DNA of 64,000 bases from Balanoglossus misakiensis (Eukaryota > Animalia > Hemichordata), in contig CM082587.2 in NCBI GenBank assembly GCA_040954595.2, positions 10,669,403 through 10,733,402 on the forward strand, read 5' to 3'. This document shows, piece after piece, positions 27,301 to 40,616 of the stretch. A program made the translations under genes and the position numbers. Below the pieces are notes generated by a model. The model saw only the letters and a program-made list of their open reading frames with translations, was not told the origin of the DNA and ran no database searches. Within the stretch, counting starts at the first letter, position 1, and every line of letters begins with the position of its first letter.

Positions 27301-30300
27301 GACACTGGCCACTAGCTCTGCATGGCCTGGTTAATCAATGTTGACGCAAAGGTTGACCCCACCAAACACTCAAAATTAATGGGCACGACACTGGCCACTA
27401 GCTCTGGCCTGGTTAATCAATGCTGACGCAAGGTTGACCCCACCAAACACTCAAAATTAATGGGCACGACACTGGCCACTAGCTCTGGCCTGGTTAATCA
27501 ATGCTGACGCAAAGGTTGACCCCACCAAACACTCAAAATTAATGGTCACGACACTGGCCACTAGCTCTGCATGGCCTGGTTAATCAATGCTGACGCATAG
27601 GTTGACCCCACCAAACACTCAAAATTAATGGGCACGACACTGGCCACTAGCTCTGCATGGCCTGGTTAATCAATGTTGACGCAAAGGTTGACCCCACCAA
27701 ACACTCAAAATTAATGGGCACGACACTGGCCACTAGCTCTGCATGGCCTGGTTAATCAATGTTGACGCAAACGTTGACCCCACCAAACACTCAAAATTAA
27801 TGGGCACGACACTGGCCACTAGCTCTGCATGGCCTGGTTAATCAATGTTGACGCAAAGGTTGACCCCACCAAACACTCAAAATTAATGGGCACGACACTG
27901 GCCACTAGCTCTGCATGGCCTGGTTAATCAATGTTGACGCAAAGGTTGACCCCACCAAACACTCAAAATTAATGGGCACGACACTGGCCACTAGCTCTGG
28001 CCTGGTTAATCAATGTTGACGCAAAGGTTGACCCCACCAAACACTCAAAATGAATGGGCACGACACTGGCCACTAGCTCTGCATGGCCTGGTTAATCAAT
28101 GTTGACGCAAAGGTTGACCCCACCAAACAAACACTCAAAATTAATGGGCACGACACTGGCCACTAGCTCTGGCTTAGTTAATCAATGCTGACGCAAAGGT
28201 TGACCCCACCAAACACTCAAAATTAATGGGCACGACACTGGCCACTAGCTCTGCATGGCCTGGTTAATCAATGTTGACGCAAAGGTTGACCCCACCAAAC
28301 ACTCAAAATTAATGGGCACGACACTGGCCACTAGCTCTGCATGGCCTGGTTAATCAATGTTGACGCAAACGTTGACCCCACCAAACACTCAAAATTAATG
28401 GGCACGACACTGGCCACTAGCTCTGCATGGCCTGGTTAATCAATGTTGACGCAAAGGTTGACCCCACCAAACACTCAAAATTAATGGGCACGACACTGGC
28501 CACTAGCTCTGCATGGCCTGGTTAATCAATGTTGACGCAAAGGTTGACCCCACCAAACACTCAAAATTAATGGGCACGACACTGGCCACTAGCTCTGCAT
28601 GGCCTGGTTAATCAATGTTGATGCAAAGGTTGACCCCACCAAACACTCAAAATTAATGGGCACGACACTGGCCACTAGCTCTGGCCTGGTTAATCAATGT
28701 TGACGCAAAGGTTGACCCCACCAAACACTCAAAATGAATGGGCACGACACTGGCCACTAGCTCTGCATGGCCTGGTTAATCAATGTTGACGCAAAGGTTG
28801 ACCCCACCAAACAAACACTCAAAATTAATGGGCACGACACTGGCCACTAGCTCTGGCTTAGTTAATCAATGCTGACGCAAAGGTTGACCCCACCAAACAC
28901 TCAAAATTAATGGTCACGACACTGGCCACTAGCTCTGCATGGCCTGGTTAATCAATGCTGACGCATAGGTTGACCCCACCAAACACTCAAAATTAATGGG
29001 CACGACACTGGCCACTAGCTCTGCATGGCCTTGTTAATCAATGTTGACGCAAAGGTTGACCCCACCAAACACTCAAAATTAATGGGCACGACACTGGCCA
29101 CTAGCTCTGGCCTAGTTAATCAATGCTGACGCAAAGGTTGACCCCACCAAACACTCAAAATTAATGGTCACGACACTGGCCACTAGCTCTGCATGGCCTG
29201 GTTAATCAATGCTGACGCATAGGTTGACCCCACCAAACACTCAAAATGAATGGGCACGACACTGGCCACTAGCTCTGCATGGCCTGGTTAATCAATGTTG
29301 ACACAAAGGTTGACCCCACCAAACACTCAAAATGAATGGGCACGACACTGGCCACTAGCTCTGCATGGCCTGGTTAATCAATGTTGACGCAAAGGTTGAC
29401 CCCACCAAACACTCAAAATTAATGGGCACGACACTGGCCACTAGCTCTGCATGGCCTGGTTAATCAATGTTGACGCAAACGTTGACCCCACCAAACACTC
29501 AAAATTAATGGGCACGACACTGGCCACTAGCTCTGCATGGCCTGGTTAATCAATGTTGACGCAAAGGTTGACCCCACCAAACACTCAAAATTAATGGGCA
29601 CGACACTGGCCACTAGCTCTGCATGGCCTGGTTAATCAATGTTGACGCAAAGGTTGACCCCACCAAACACTCAAAATTAATGGGCACGACACTGGCCACT
29701 AGCTCTGCATGGCCTGGTTAATCAATGTTGACCCAAAGGTTGACCCCACCAAACACTCAAAATTAATGGGCACGACACTGGCCACTAGCTCTGCATGGCC
29801 TGGTTAATCAATGTTGACGCAAAGGTTGACCCCACCAAACACTCAAAATTGATGGGCACGACACTGGCCACTAGCTCTGCATGGCCTGGTTAATCAATGT
29901 TGACGCAAAGGTTGACCCCACCAAACACTCAAAATTGATGGGCACGACACTGGCCACTAGCTCTGCATGGCCTGGTTAATCAATGTTGACGCAAAGGTTG
30001 ACCCCACCAAACACTCAAAATTGATGGGCACGACACTGGCCACTAGCTCTGCATGGCCAGGTTAATCAATGTTGACGCAAAGGTTGACCCCACCAAACAC
30101 TCAAAATTGATGGGCACGACACTGGCCACTAGCTCTGCATGGCCTGGTTAATCAATGTTGACGCAAAGGTTGACCCCACCAAACACTCAAAATTGATGGG
30201 CACGACACTGGCCACTAGCTCTGCATGGCCTGGTTAATCAATGTTGACGCAAAGGTTGACCCCACCAAACACTCAAAATTAATGGGCACGACACTGGCCA

Positions 30301-33300
30301 TTAGCTCTGGCCTGGTTAATCAATGCTGACGCAAAGGTTGACCCCACCAAACACTCAAAATTAATGGGCACGACACTGGCCACTAGCTCTGGCCTGGTTA
30401 ATCAATGTTGACGCAAAGGTTGACCCCACCAAACACTCAAAATTGATGGGCACGACACTGGCCACTAGCTCTGCATGGCCTGGTTAATCATTGTTGACGC
30501 AAAGGTTGACCCCACCAAACACTCAAAATTGATGGGCACGACACTGGCCACTAGCTCTGCATGGCCAGGTTAATCAATGTTGACGCAAAGGTTGACCCCA
30601 CCAAACACTCAAAATTGATGGGCACGACACTGGCCACTAGCTCTGCATGGCCTGGTTAATCAATGTTGACGCAAAGGTTGACCCCACCAAACACTCAAAA
30701 TTGATGGGCACGACACTGGCCACTAGCTCTGCATGGCCTGGTTAATCAATGTTGACGCAAAGGTTGACCCCACCAAACACTCAAAATTGATGGGCACGAC
30801 ACTGGCCACTAGCTCTGCATGGCCTGGTTAATCAATGTTGACGCAAAGGTTGACCCCACCAAACACTCAAAATTAATGGGCATGACACTGGCCACTAGCT
30901 CTGGCCTGGTTAATCAATGCTGACGCAAAGGTTGACCCCACCAAACACTCAAAATTAATGGGCACGACACTGGCCACTAGCTCTGGCCTGGTTAATCAAT
31001 GCTGACGCAAAGGTTGACCCCACCAAACACTCAAAATTAATGGGCACGACACTGGCCACTAGCTCTGCATGGCCTGGTTAATCAATGCTGACGCAAAGGT
31101 TGACCCCACCAAACACTCAAAATTGATGGGCGCGACACTGGCCACTAGCTCTGCATGGCCTGGTTAATCAATGCTGACGCATAGGTTGACCCCACCAAAC
31201 ACTCAAAATTGATGGGCACGACACTGGCCACTAGCTCTGCATGGCCTGGTTAATCAATGCTGACGCAAAGGTTGACCCCACCAAACACTCAAAATTGATG
31301 GGCACGACACTGGCCACTAGCTCTGCATGGCCTGGTTAATCAATGCTGACGCAAAGGTTGACCCCACCAAACACTCAAAATTGATGGGCACGACACTGGC
31401 CACTAGCTCTGCATGGCCTGGTTAATCAATGTTGACGCAAAGGTTGACCCCACCAAACACTCAAAATTGATGGGCACGACACTGGCCACTAGCTCTGCAT
31501 GGCCTGGTTAATCAATGTTGACGCAAAGGTTGACCCCACCAAACACTCAAAATTGATGGGCATGACACTGGCCACTAGCTCTGCATGGCCTGGTTAATCA
31601 ATGTTGACGCAAAGGTTGACCCCACCAAACACTCAAAATTGATGGGCACGACACTGGCCACTAGCTCTGCATGGCCTGGTTAATCAATGTTGACGCAAAG
31701 GTTGACCCCACCAAACACTCAAAATTGATGGGCACGACACTGGCCACTAGCTCTGCATGGCCAGGTTAATCAATGTTGACGCAAAGGTTGACCCCACCAA
31801 ACACTCAAAATTGATGGGCACGACACTGGCCACTAGCTCTGCATGGCCTGGTTAATCAATGTTGACGCAAAGGTTGACCCCACCAAACACTCAAAATTGA
31901 TGGGCACGACACTGGCCACTAGCTCTGCATGGCCTGGTTAATCAATGTTGACGCAAAGGTTGACCCCACCAAACACTCAAAATTGATGGGCACGACACTG
32001 GCCACTAGCTCTGCATGGCCTGGTTAATCAATGTTGACGCAAAGGTTGACCCCACCAAACACTCAAAATTAATGGGCATGACACTGGCCACTAGCTCTGG
32101 CCTGGTTAATCAATGCTGACGCAAAGGTTGACCCCACCAAACACTCAAAATTAATGGGCACGACACTGGCCACTAGCTCTGGCCTGGTTAATCAATGCTG
32201 ACGCAAAGGTTGACCCCACCAAACACTCAAAATTAATGGGCACGACACTGGCCACTAGCTCTGCATGGCCTGGTTAATCAATGCTGACGCAAAGGTTGAC
32301 CCCACCAAACACTCAAAATTGATGGGCGCGACACTGGCCACTAGCTCTGCATGGCCTGGTTAATCAATGCTGACGCATAGGTTGACCCCACCAAACACTC
32401 AAAATTGATGGGCACGACACTGGCCACTAGCTCTGCATGGCCTGGTTAATCAATGCTGACGCAAAGGTTGACCCCACCAAACACTCAAAATTGATGGGCA
32501 CGACACTGGCCACTAGCTCTGCATGGCCTGGTTAATCAATGCTGACGCAAAGGTTGACCCCACCAAACACTCAAAATTGATGGGCACGACACTGGCCACT
32601 AGCTCTGCATGGCCTGGTTAATCAATGTTGACGCAAAGGTTGACCCCACCAAACACTCAAAATTGATGGGCACGACACTGGCCACTAGCTCTGCATGGCC
32701 TGGTTAATCAATGTTGACGCAAAGGTTGACCCCACCAAACACTCAAAATTGATGGGCACGACACTGGCCACTAGCTCTGCATGGCCTGGTTAATCAATGT
32801 TGACGCAAAGGTTGACCCCACCAAACACTCAAAATTGATGGGCACGACACTGGCCACTAGCTCTGCATGGCCTGGTTAATCAATGTTGACGCAAAGGTTG
32901 ACCCCACCAAACACTCAAAATTGATGGGCACGACACTGGCCACTAGCTCTGCATGGCCTGGTTAATCAATGTTGACGCAAAGGTTGACCCCACCAAACAC
33001 TCAAAATTGATGGGCACGACACTGGCCACTAGCTCTGCATGGCCTGGTTAATCAATGTTGACGCAAAGGTTGACCCCACCAAACACTCAAAATTGATGGG
33101 CACGACACTGGCCACTAGCTCTGCATGGCCTGGTTAATCAATGTTGACGCAAAGGTTGACCCCACCAAACACTCAAAATTGATGGGCACGACACTGGCCA
33201 CTAGCTCTGCATGGCCTGGTTAATCAATGTTGACGCAAAGGTTGACCCCACCAAACACTCAAAATTGATGGGCACGACACTGGCCACTAGCTCTGCGTGG

Positions 33301-36300
33301 CCTGGTTAATCAATGTTGACGCAAAGGTTGACCCCACCAAACACTCAAAATTGATGGGCACGACACTGGCCACTAGCTCTGCGTGGCCTGGTTAATCAAT
33401 GTTGACGCAAAGGTTGACCCCACCAAACACTCAAAATTGATGGGCACGACACTGGCCACTAGCTCTGAGTGGCCTGGTTAATCAATATTGACGCAAAGGT
33501 TGACCCCACCAAACACTCAAAATTGATGGGCACGACACTGGCCACTAGCTCTGCATGGCCAGGTTAATCAATGTTGACGCAAAGGTTGACCCCACCAAAC
33601 GCTCAAAATTGATGGGCACGACACTGGCCACTAGCTCTGCATGGCCTGGTTAATTAATGTTGACGCAAAGGTTGACCCCACCAAACGCTCAAAATTGATG
33701 GGCACGACACTGGCCACTAGCTCTGCATGGCCTGGTTAATTAATGTTGACGCAAAGGTTGACCCCACCAAACGCTCAAAATTGATGGGCACGACACTGGC
33801 CACTAGCTCTGCATGGCCTGGTTAATCAATGTTGACGCAAAGGTTGACCCCACCAAACACTCAAAATTGATGGGCACGACACTGGCCACTAGCTCTGCAT
33901 GGCCTGGTTAATCAATGTTGACGCAAAGGTTGACCCCACCAAACACTCAAAATTAATGGGCACGACACTGTCCACTAGCTCTGGCCTGGTTAATCAATGC
34001 TGACGCAAAGGTTGACCCGGCCAAACACTCAAAATTAATGGGCACGACACTGGCCACTAGCTCTGCATGGCCTGGTTAATCAATGCTGACGCATAGGTTG
34101 ACCCCACCAAACACTCAAAATTAATGGGCACGACACTGGCCACTAGCTCTGCATGGCCTGGTTAATCAATGTTGACGCAAAGGTTGACCCCACCAAACAC
34201 TCAAAATGAATGGGCACGACACTGGCCACTAGCTCTGCATGGCCTGGTTAATCAATGTTGACGCAAAGGTTGACCCCACCAAACACTCAAAATGAATGGG
34301 CACGACACTGGCCACTAGCTCTGCATGGCCTGGTTAATCAATGTTGACGCAAAGGTTGACCCCACCAAACACTCAAAATGAATGGGCACGACACTGGCCA
34401 CTAGCTCTGCATGGCCTGGTTAATCAATGTTGACGCAAAGGTTGACCCCACCAAACACTCAAAATTAATGGGCACGACACTGGCCACTAGCTCTGCATGG
34501 CCTGGTTAATCAATGTTGACGCAAAGGTTGACCCCACCAAACACTCAAAATTGATGGGCACGACACTGGCCACTAGCTCCGCATGGCCTGGTTAATCAAT
34601 GTTGACGCAAAGGTTGACCCCACCAAACACTCAAAATTGATGGGCACGACACTGGCCACTAGCTCCGCATGGCCTGGTTAATCAATGTTGACGCAAAGGT
34701 TGACCCCACCAAACACTCAAAATTGATGGGCACGACACTGGCCACTAGCTCCGCATGGCCTGGTTAATCAATGTTGACGCAAAGGTTGACCCCACCAAAC
34801 ACTCAAAATTGATGGGCACGACACTGGCCACTAGCTCTGCATGGCCTGGTTAATCAATGTTGACGCAAAGGTTGACCCCACCAAACACTCAAAATTGATG
34901 GGCACGACACTGGCCACTAGCTCTGCATGGCCTGGTTAATCAATGTTGACGCAAAGGTTGACCCCACCAAACACTCAAAATTGATGGGCACGACACTGGC
35001 CACTAGCTCTGCATGGCCTGGTTAATCAATGTTGACGCAAAGGTTGACCCCACCAAACACTCAAAATTGATGGGCACGACACTGGCCACTAGCTCTGCAT
35101 GGCCTGGTTAATCAATGTTGACGCAAAGGTTGACCCCACCAAACACTCAAAATTGATGGGCACGACACTGGCCACTAGCTCTGCATGGCCTGGTTAATCA
35201 ATGTTGACGCAAAGGTTGACCCCACCAAACACTCAAAATTGATGGGCACGACACTGGCCACTAGCTCTGCATGGCCTGGTTAATCAATGTTGACGCAAAG
35301 GTTGACCCCACCAAACACTCAAAATTGATGGGCACGACACTGGCCACTAGCTCTGCATGGCCTGGTTAATCAATTTTGACGCAAAGGTTGACCCCACCAA
35401 ACACTCAAAATTGATGGGCACGACACTGGCCACTAGCTCTGCATGGCCTGGTTAATCAATGTTGACGCAAAGGTTGACCCCACCAAACACTCAAAATTGA
35501 TGGGCACGACACTGGCCTTGACGCAAAGGTTGACCCCACCAAACACTCAAAATTGATGGGCACGACACTGGCCACTAGCTCTGCATGGCCTGGTTAATCA
35601 ATGTTGACGCAAGGTTGACCCCACCAAACACTCAAAATTGATGGGCACGACACTGGCCACTAGCTCTGCATGGCCTGGTTAATCAATGTTGACGCAAAGG
35701 TTGACCCCACCAAACACTCAAAATTGATGGGCAAGACACTGGCCACTAGCTCTGCATGGCCCGGTTAATCAATGTTGACGCAAAAGTTGACCCCACCAAA
35801 CACTCAAAATTGATGGGCACGACACTGGCCACTAGCTCTGCATGGCCCGGTTAATCAATGTTGACGCAAAGGTTGACCACACCAAACACTCAAAATTGAT
35901 GAGCATGACACTGGCCACTAGCTCTGCATGGCCCGGTTAATCAATGTTGACGCAAAGGTTGACCCCACCAAACACTCAAAATTGATGGGCACGACACTGG
36001 CCACTAGCTCTGCATGGCCCGGTTAATCAATGTTGACGCAAAGGTTGACCCCACCAAACACTCAAAATTGATGGGCACGACACTGGCCACTAGCTCTGCA
36101 TGGCCCGTTAATCAATGTTGACGCAAAGGTTGACCCCACCAAACACTCAAAATTGATGGGCACGACACTGGCCACTAGCTCTGCATGGCCTGGTTAATCA
36201 ATGTTGACGCAAAGGTTGACCCCACCAAACACTCAAAATTGATGGGCACGACACTGGCCACTAGCTCTGCATGGCCTGGTTAATCAATGTTGACGCAAAG

Positions 36301-39300
36301 GTTGACCCCACCAAACACTCAAAATTGATGGGCACGACACTGGCCACTAGCTCTGCATGGCCTGGTTAATCAATGTTGACGCAAAGGTTGACCCCACCAA
36401 ACACTCAAAATTGATGGGCACGACACTGGCCACTAGCTCTGCATTGCCTGGTTAATCAATGTTGACGCAAAGGTTGACCCCACCAAACACTCAAAATTGA
36501 TGGGCACGACACTGGCCACTAGCTCTGCATGGCCTGGTTAATCAATGTTGACGCAAAGGTTGACCACACCAAACACTCAAAATTGATGGGCACGACACTG
36601 GCCACTAGCTCTGCATGGCCTGTTTAATCAATGTTGACGCAAAGGTTGACCCCACCAAACACTCAAAATTGATGGGCACGACACTGGCCACTAGCTCTGC
36701 ATGGCCTGGTTAATCAAGTTTGACGCACAGGTTGACCCCACCAAACACTCAAAATTGATGGGCACGACAATGGCCACTAGCTCTGCATGGCCTGGTTAAT
36801 CAAGGTTGACGCAAAGGTTGACCCTACCAAACACTCAAAATTGATGGGCACGACACTGGCCACTAGCTCTGCATGGCCTGGTTAATCAATGTTGACGCAA
36901 TGGTTGACCCCACCAAACACTCAAAATTGATGGGCACGACACTGGCCACTAGCTCTGGCCTGGTTAATCAATGTTGACGCAAGGGTTGACCCCACCAAAC
37001 TCTCAAAATTGATGGGCACGACACTGGCCACTAGCTCTGGCCTGGCTAATCAATGTTGACGCAAGGGTTGACCCCACCAAACACTCAAATTTGATGGGCA
37101 TGACACTGGCCACTAGCTCTGCATGGCCTGGTTAATCAATGTTGACGCAAAGGTTGACCCCACCAAACACTCAAAATTGATGGGCACGACACTGGCCACT
37201 AGCTCTGCATGGCCTGGTTAATCAATGTTGATGCAAAGGTTGACCCCACCAAACACTCAAAATTGATGGGCACGACACTGGCCACTAGCTCTGCATTGCC
37301 TGGTTAATCAATGTTGACGCAAAGGTTGACCCCACCAAACACTCAAAATTGATGGGCACGACACTGGCCACTAGCTCTGCATGGCCTGGTTAATCAATGT
37401 TGACGCAAAGGTTGACCCCACCAAACACTCAAAATTGATGGGCACGACACTGGCCACTAGCTCTGCATGGCCTGGTTAATCAATGTTGACGCAAAGGTTG
37501 ACCCCACCAAACACTCAAAATTGATGGGCACGACACTGGCCACTAGCTCTGCATGGCCTGGTTAATCAAGTTTGACGCACAGGTTGACCCCACCAAACAC
37601 TCAAAATTGATGGGCACGACAATGGCCACTAGCTCTGCATGGCCTGGTTAATCAAGGTTGACGCAAAGGTTGACCCTACCAAACACTCAAAATTGATGGG
37701 CACGACACTGGCCACTAGCTCTGCATGGCCTGGTTAATCAATGTTGACGCAATGGTTGACCCCACCAAACACTCAAAATTGATGGGCACGACACTGGCCA
37801 CTAGCTCTGGCCTGGTTAATCAATGTTGACGCAAGGGTTGACCCAACCAAACTCTCAAAATTGATGGGCACGACACTGGCCACTAGCTCTGGCCTGGCTA
37901 ATCAATGTTGACGCAAGGGTTGACCCCACCAAACACTCAAATTTGATGGGCACGACACTGGCCACTAGCTCTGCATGGCCTGGTTAATCAATGTTGACGC
38001 AAAGGTTGACCCCACCAAACACTCAAAATTGATGGGCACGACACTGGCCACTAGCTCTGCATGGCCAGGTTAATCAATGTTGACGCAAAGGTTGACCCAA
38101 CCAAACACTCAAAATTGATGGGCACGACACTGGCCACTAGCTCTGCATGGCCTGGTTAATCAATGTTGACGCAAAGGTTGACCCCACCAAACACTCGAAA
38201 TTGATGGGCACGACACTGGCCACTAGCTCTGCATGGCCTGGTTAATCAATGTTGACGCAAAGGTTGACCCCCACCAAACACTCAAAATTGATGGGCACGA
38301 CACTGGCCACTAGCTCTGCATGGCCTGGTTAATCAATGTTGACGCAAAGGTTGACCCCACCAAACACTCAAAATTGATGGGCACGACACTGGCCACTAGC
38401 TCTGCATGGCCTGGTTAATCAATGTTGACGCAAAGGTTGACCCCACCAAACACTCAATATTGATGGGCACGACACTGGCCACTAGCTCTGCATGGCCTGG
38501 TTAATCAATGTTGACGCAAAGGTTGACCACACCAAACACTCAAAATTGATGGGCACGACACTGGCCACTAGCTCTGCATGGCCTGGTTAATCAATGTTGA
38601 CGCAAAGGTTGACCCCACCAAACACTCAAAATTGATGGGCACGACACTGGCCACTAGCTCTGCATGGCCTGGTTAATCAATGTTGACGCAAAGGTTGACC
38701 CCACCAAACACTCAAAATTGATGGGCACGACACTGGCCACTAGCTCTGCATGGCCTGGTTAATCAATGTTGACGCAAAGGTTGACCCCACCAAACACTCA
38801 AAATTAATGGGCACGACACTGGCCACTAGCTCTGCATGGCCTGGTTAATCAATGTTGACGCAAAGGTTGACCCCACCAAACACTCAAAATTAATAGGCAC
38901 GACACTGGCCACTAGCTCTGCATGGCCTGGTTAATCAATGTTGACGCAAAGGTTGACCCCACCAAACACTCAAAATTGATGGGCACGACACTGGCCACTA
39001 GCTCTGGCCTGGCTAATTAATGTTGACGCAAGGGTTGACCCCACCAAACACTCAAAATTGATGGGCACGACACTGGCCACTAGCTCTGGCCTGGCTAATC
39101 AATGTTGACGCAAGGGTTGACCCCACCAAACACTCAAAATTGATGGGCACGACACTGGCCACTAGCTCTGGCCTGGCTAATCAATGTTGACGCAAGGGTT
39201 GACCCCACCAAACACTCAAAATTGATGGGCACGACACTGGCCACTAGCTCTGGCCTGGCTAATCAATGTTGACGCAAAGGTTGACCCCACCAAACACTCA

Positions 39301-39757
39301 AAATTATGGGCACGACACTGGCCACTTAAGCTCTGCATGGCCTGGTTAATGAATGTTGACGCAAAAGTTGACCCCACCAAACACTCAAAATTAATAGGCA
39401 CGACACTGGCCACTAGCTCTGCATGGCCTGGTTAATCAATGTTGACGCAAAGGTTGACCCCACCAAACACTCAAAATTAATGGGCACGACACTGGCCACT
39501 AGCTCTGCATGGCCTGGTTAATCAATGTTGACGCAAAGGTTGACCCCACCAAACACTCAAAATTGATGGGCTCGACACTGGCCACTAGCTCTGGCCTGGC
39601 TTATCAATGTTGACGCAAGGGTTGACCCCACCAAACACTCAAAATTGATGGGCACGACACTGGCCACTAGCTCTGGCCTGGCTAATCAATGTTGACGCAA
39701 GGATTGACCCCACCAAACACTCAAAATTGATGGGCACGACACTGGCCACTAGCTCTG
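21388..39757. repeat. Satellite DNA array, 82/86-bp monomer (about 215 copies), left arm
   Basis: Unit GGCACGACACTGGCCACTAGCTCT(GCAT)GGCCTGGTTAATCAATG(C/T)TGACGCAAAGGTTGACCCCACCAAACACTCAAAATT(A/G)ATG. 78-bp variants occur at the left edge. Confidence 0.98.
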
Positions 39758-40260
39758 CCCTTACGAAAAAGGTTCTATAGAACTCTATTGAACTGTGTAG
39801 AATTCGATAGAAATTCAATAGAATGCAATTTTCTATAGAATTATATTGATGACTTCTGTGGATTTTCAGTAGAAAATCAATAGAATATATTTTCTATAGA
39901 AATTTTACTGATGACCTCTATTGAATGAAGGATGCATTTTACTAGTTTTTATCAAAATTATAGAAAATGAAATAAAAATTGTAATATTTGCCCGCTGTAC
40001 ACAATTTTTCATAAATATTACCAAAATTCAACATAAACATGTAGACTCTACAGAATTATATTCGTCTCTGGATTTTCTATAGAAAATCTGTTCCTACTTG
40101 CTATGAAATGTCTGCCCATACTCAGTTCAGAATGATCAAAGAATAAGTAATGTTTGCTTCCTTTACTTGTATAAACAGTAATACCAGTGCACTTCAACAA
40201 AAATCTATTGACTTCATGGAGTTCTGTAGATGTCAATAGATTTTCTATTGAAAAGTATTT
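39758..40260. repeat. Left terminal inverted repeat and subterminal repeats of the CACTA element
   Basis: Many TTCTATAGAA / TCTATTGA / TCAATAGA motifs in both orientations. Confidence 0.8.
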
Positions 40261-40616
40261 CGATGCATTTTCAATCAGACTCGCATTTAAAAAACAAAGT
40301 ACAAGCAAAAAAATTGTTGTATAGCACTAATTCTTTATTACAACCTGCAAAAGATTTCCGTATATGTATATATATTCAAATACAAAGAGTCCTTTACAAA
40401 AAATTTCATCACATCAAATCAGTAAAATGTTAAAAACACATCTAAAATATCAAAGATATCACACTTTAAAAATATTTACATATGATCAACTAGTATGTAA
40501 AACAAAACAAAAAACACACTTCACAGGTCTATTTGATGTCTTAAGGGTGAAGCATAGCCCCAGAGAAGACAGTTACATGTACTCAAATTTAAAACAAGCA
40601 GTTGGCTGATTAAGTA

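Noticed and set aside
21388-39757. CRISPR-like array
   Set aside because: Monomers are contiguous with no unique spacers, there are no cas genes, and the context is eukaryotic (spliceosomal introns, LTR and LINE elements).
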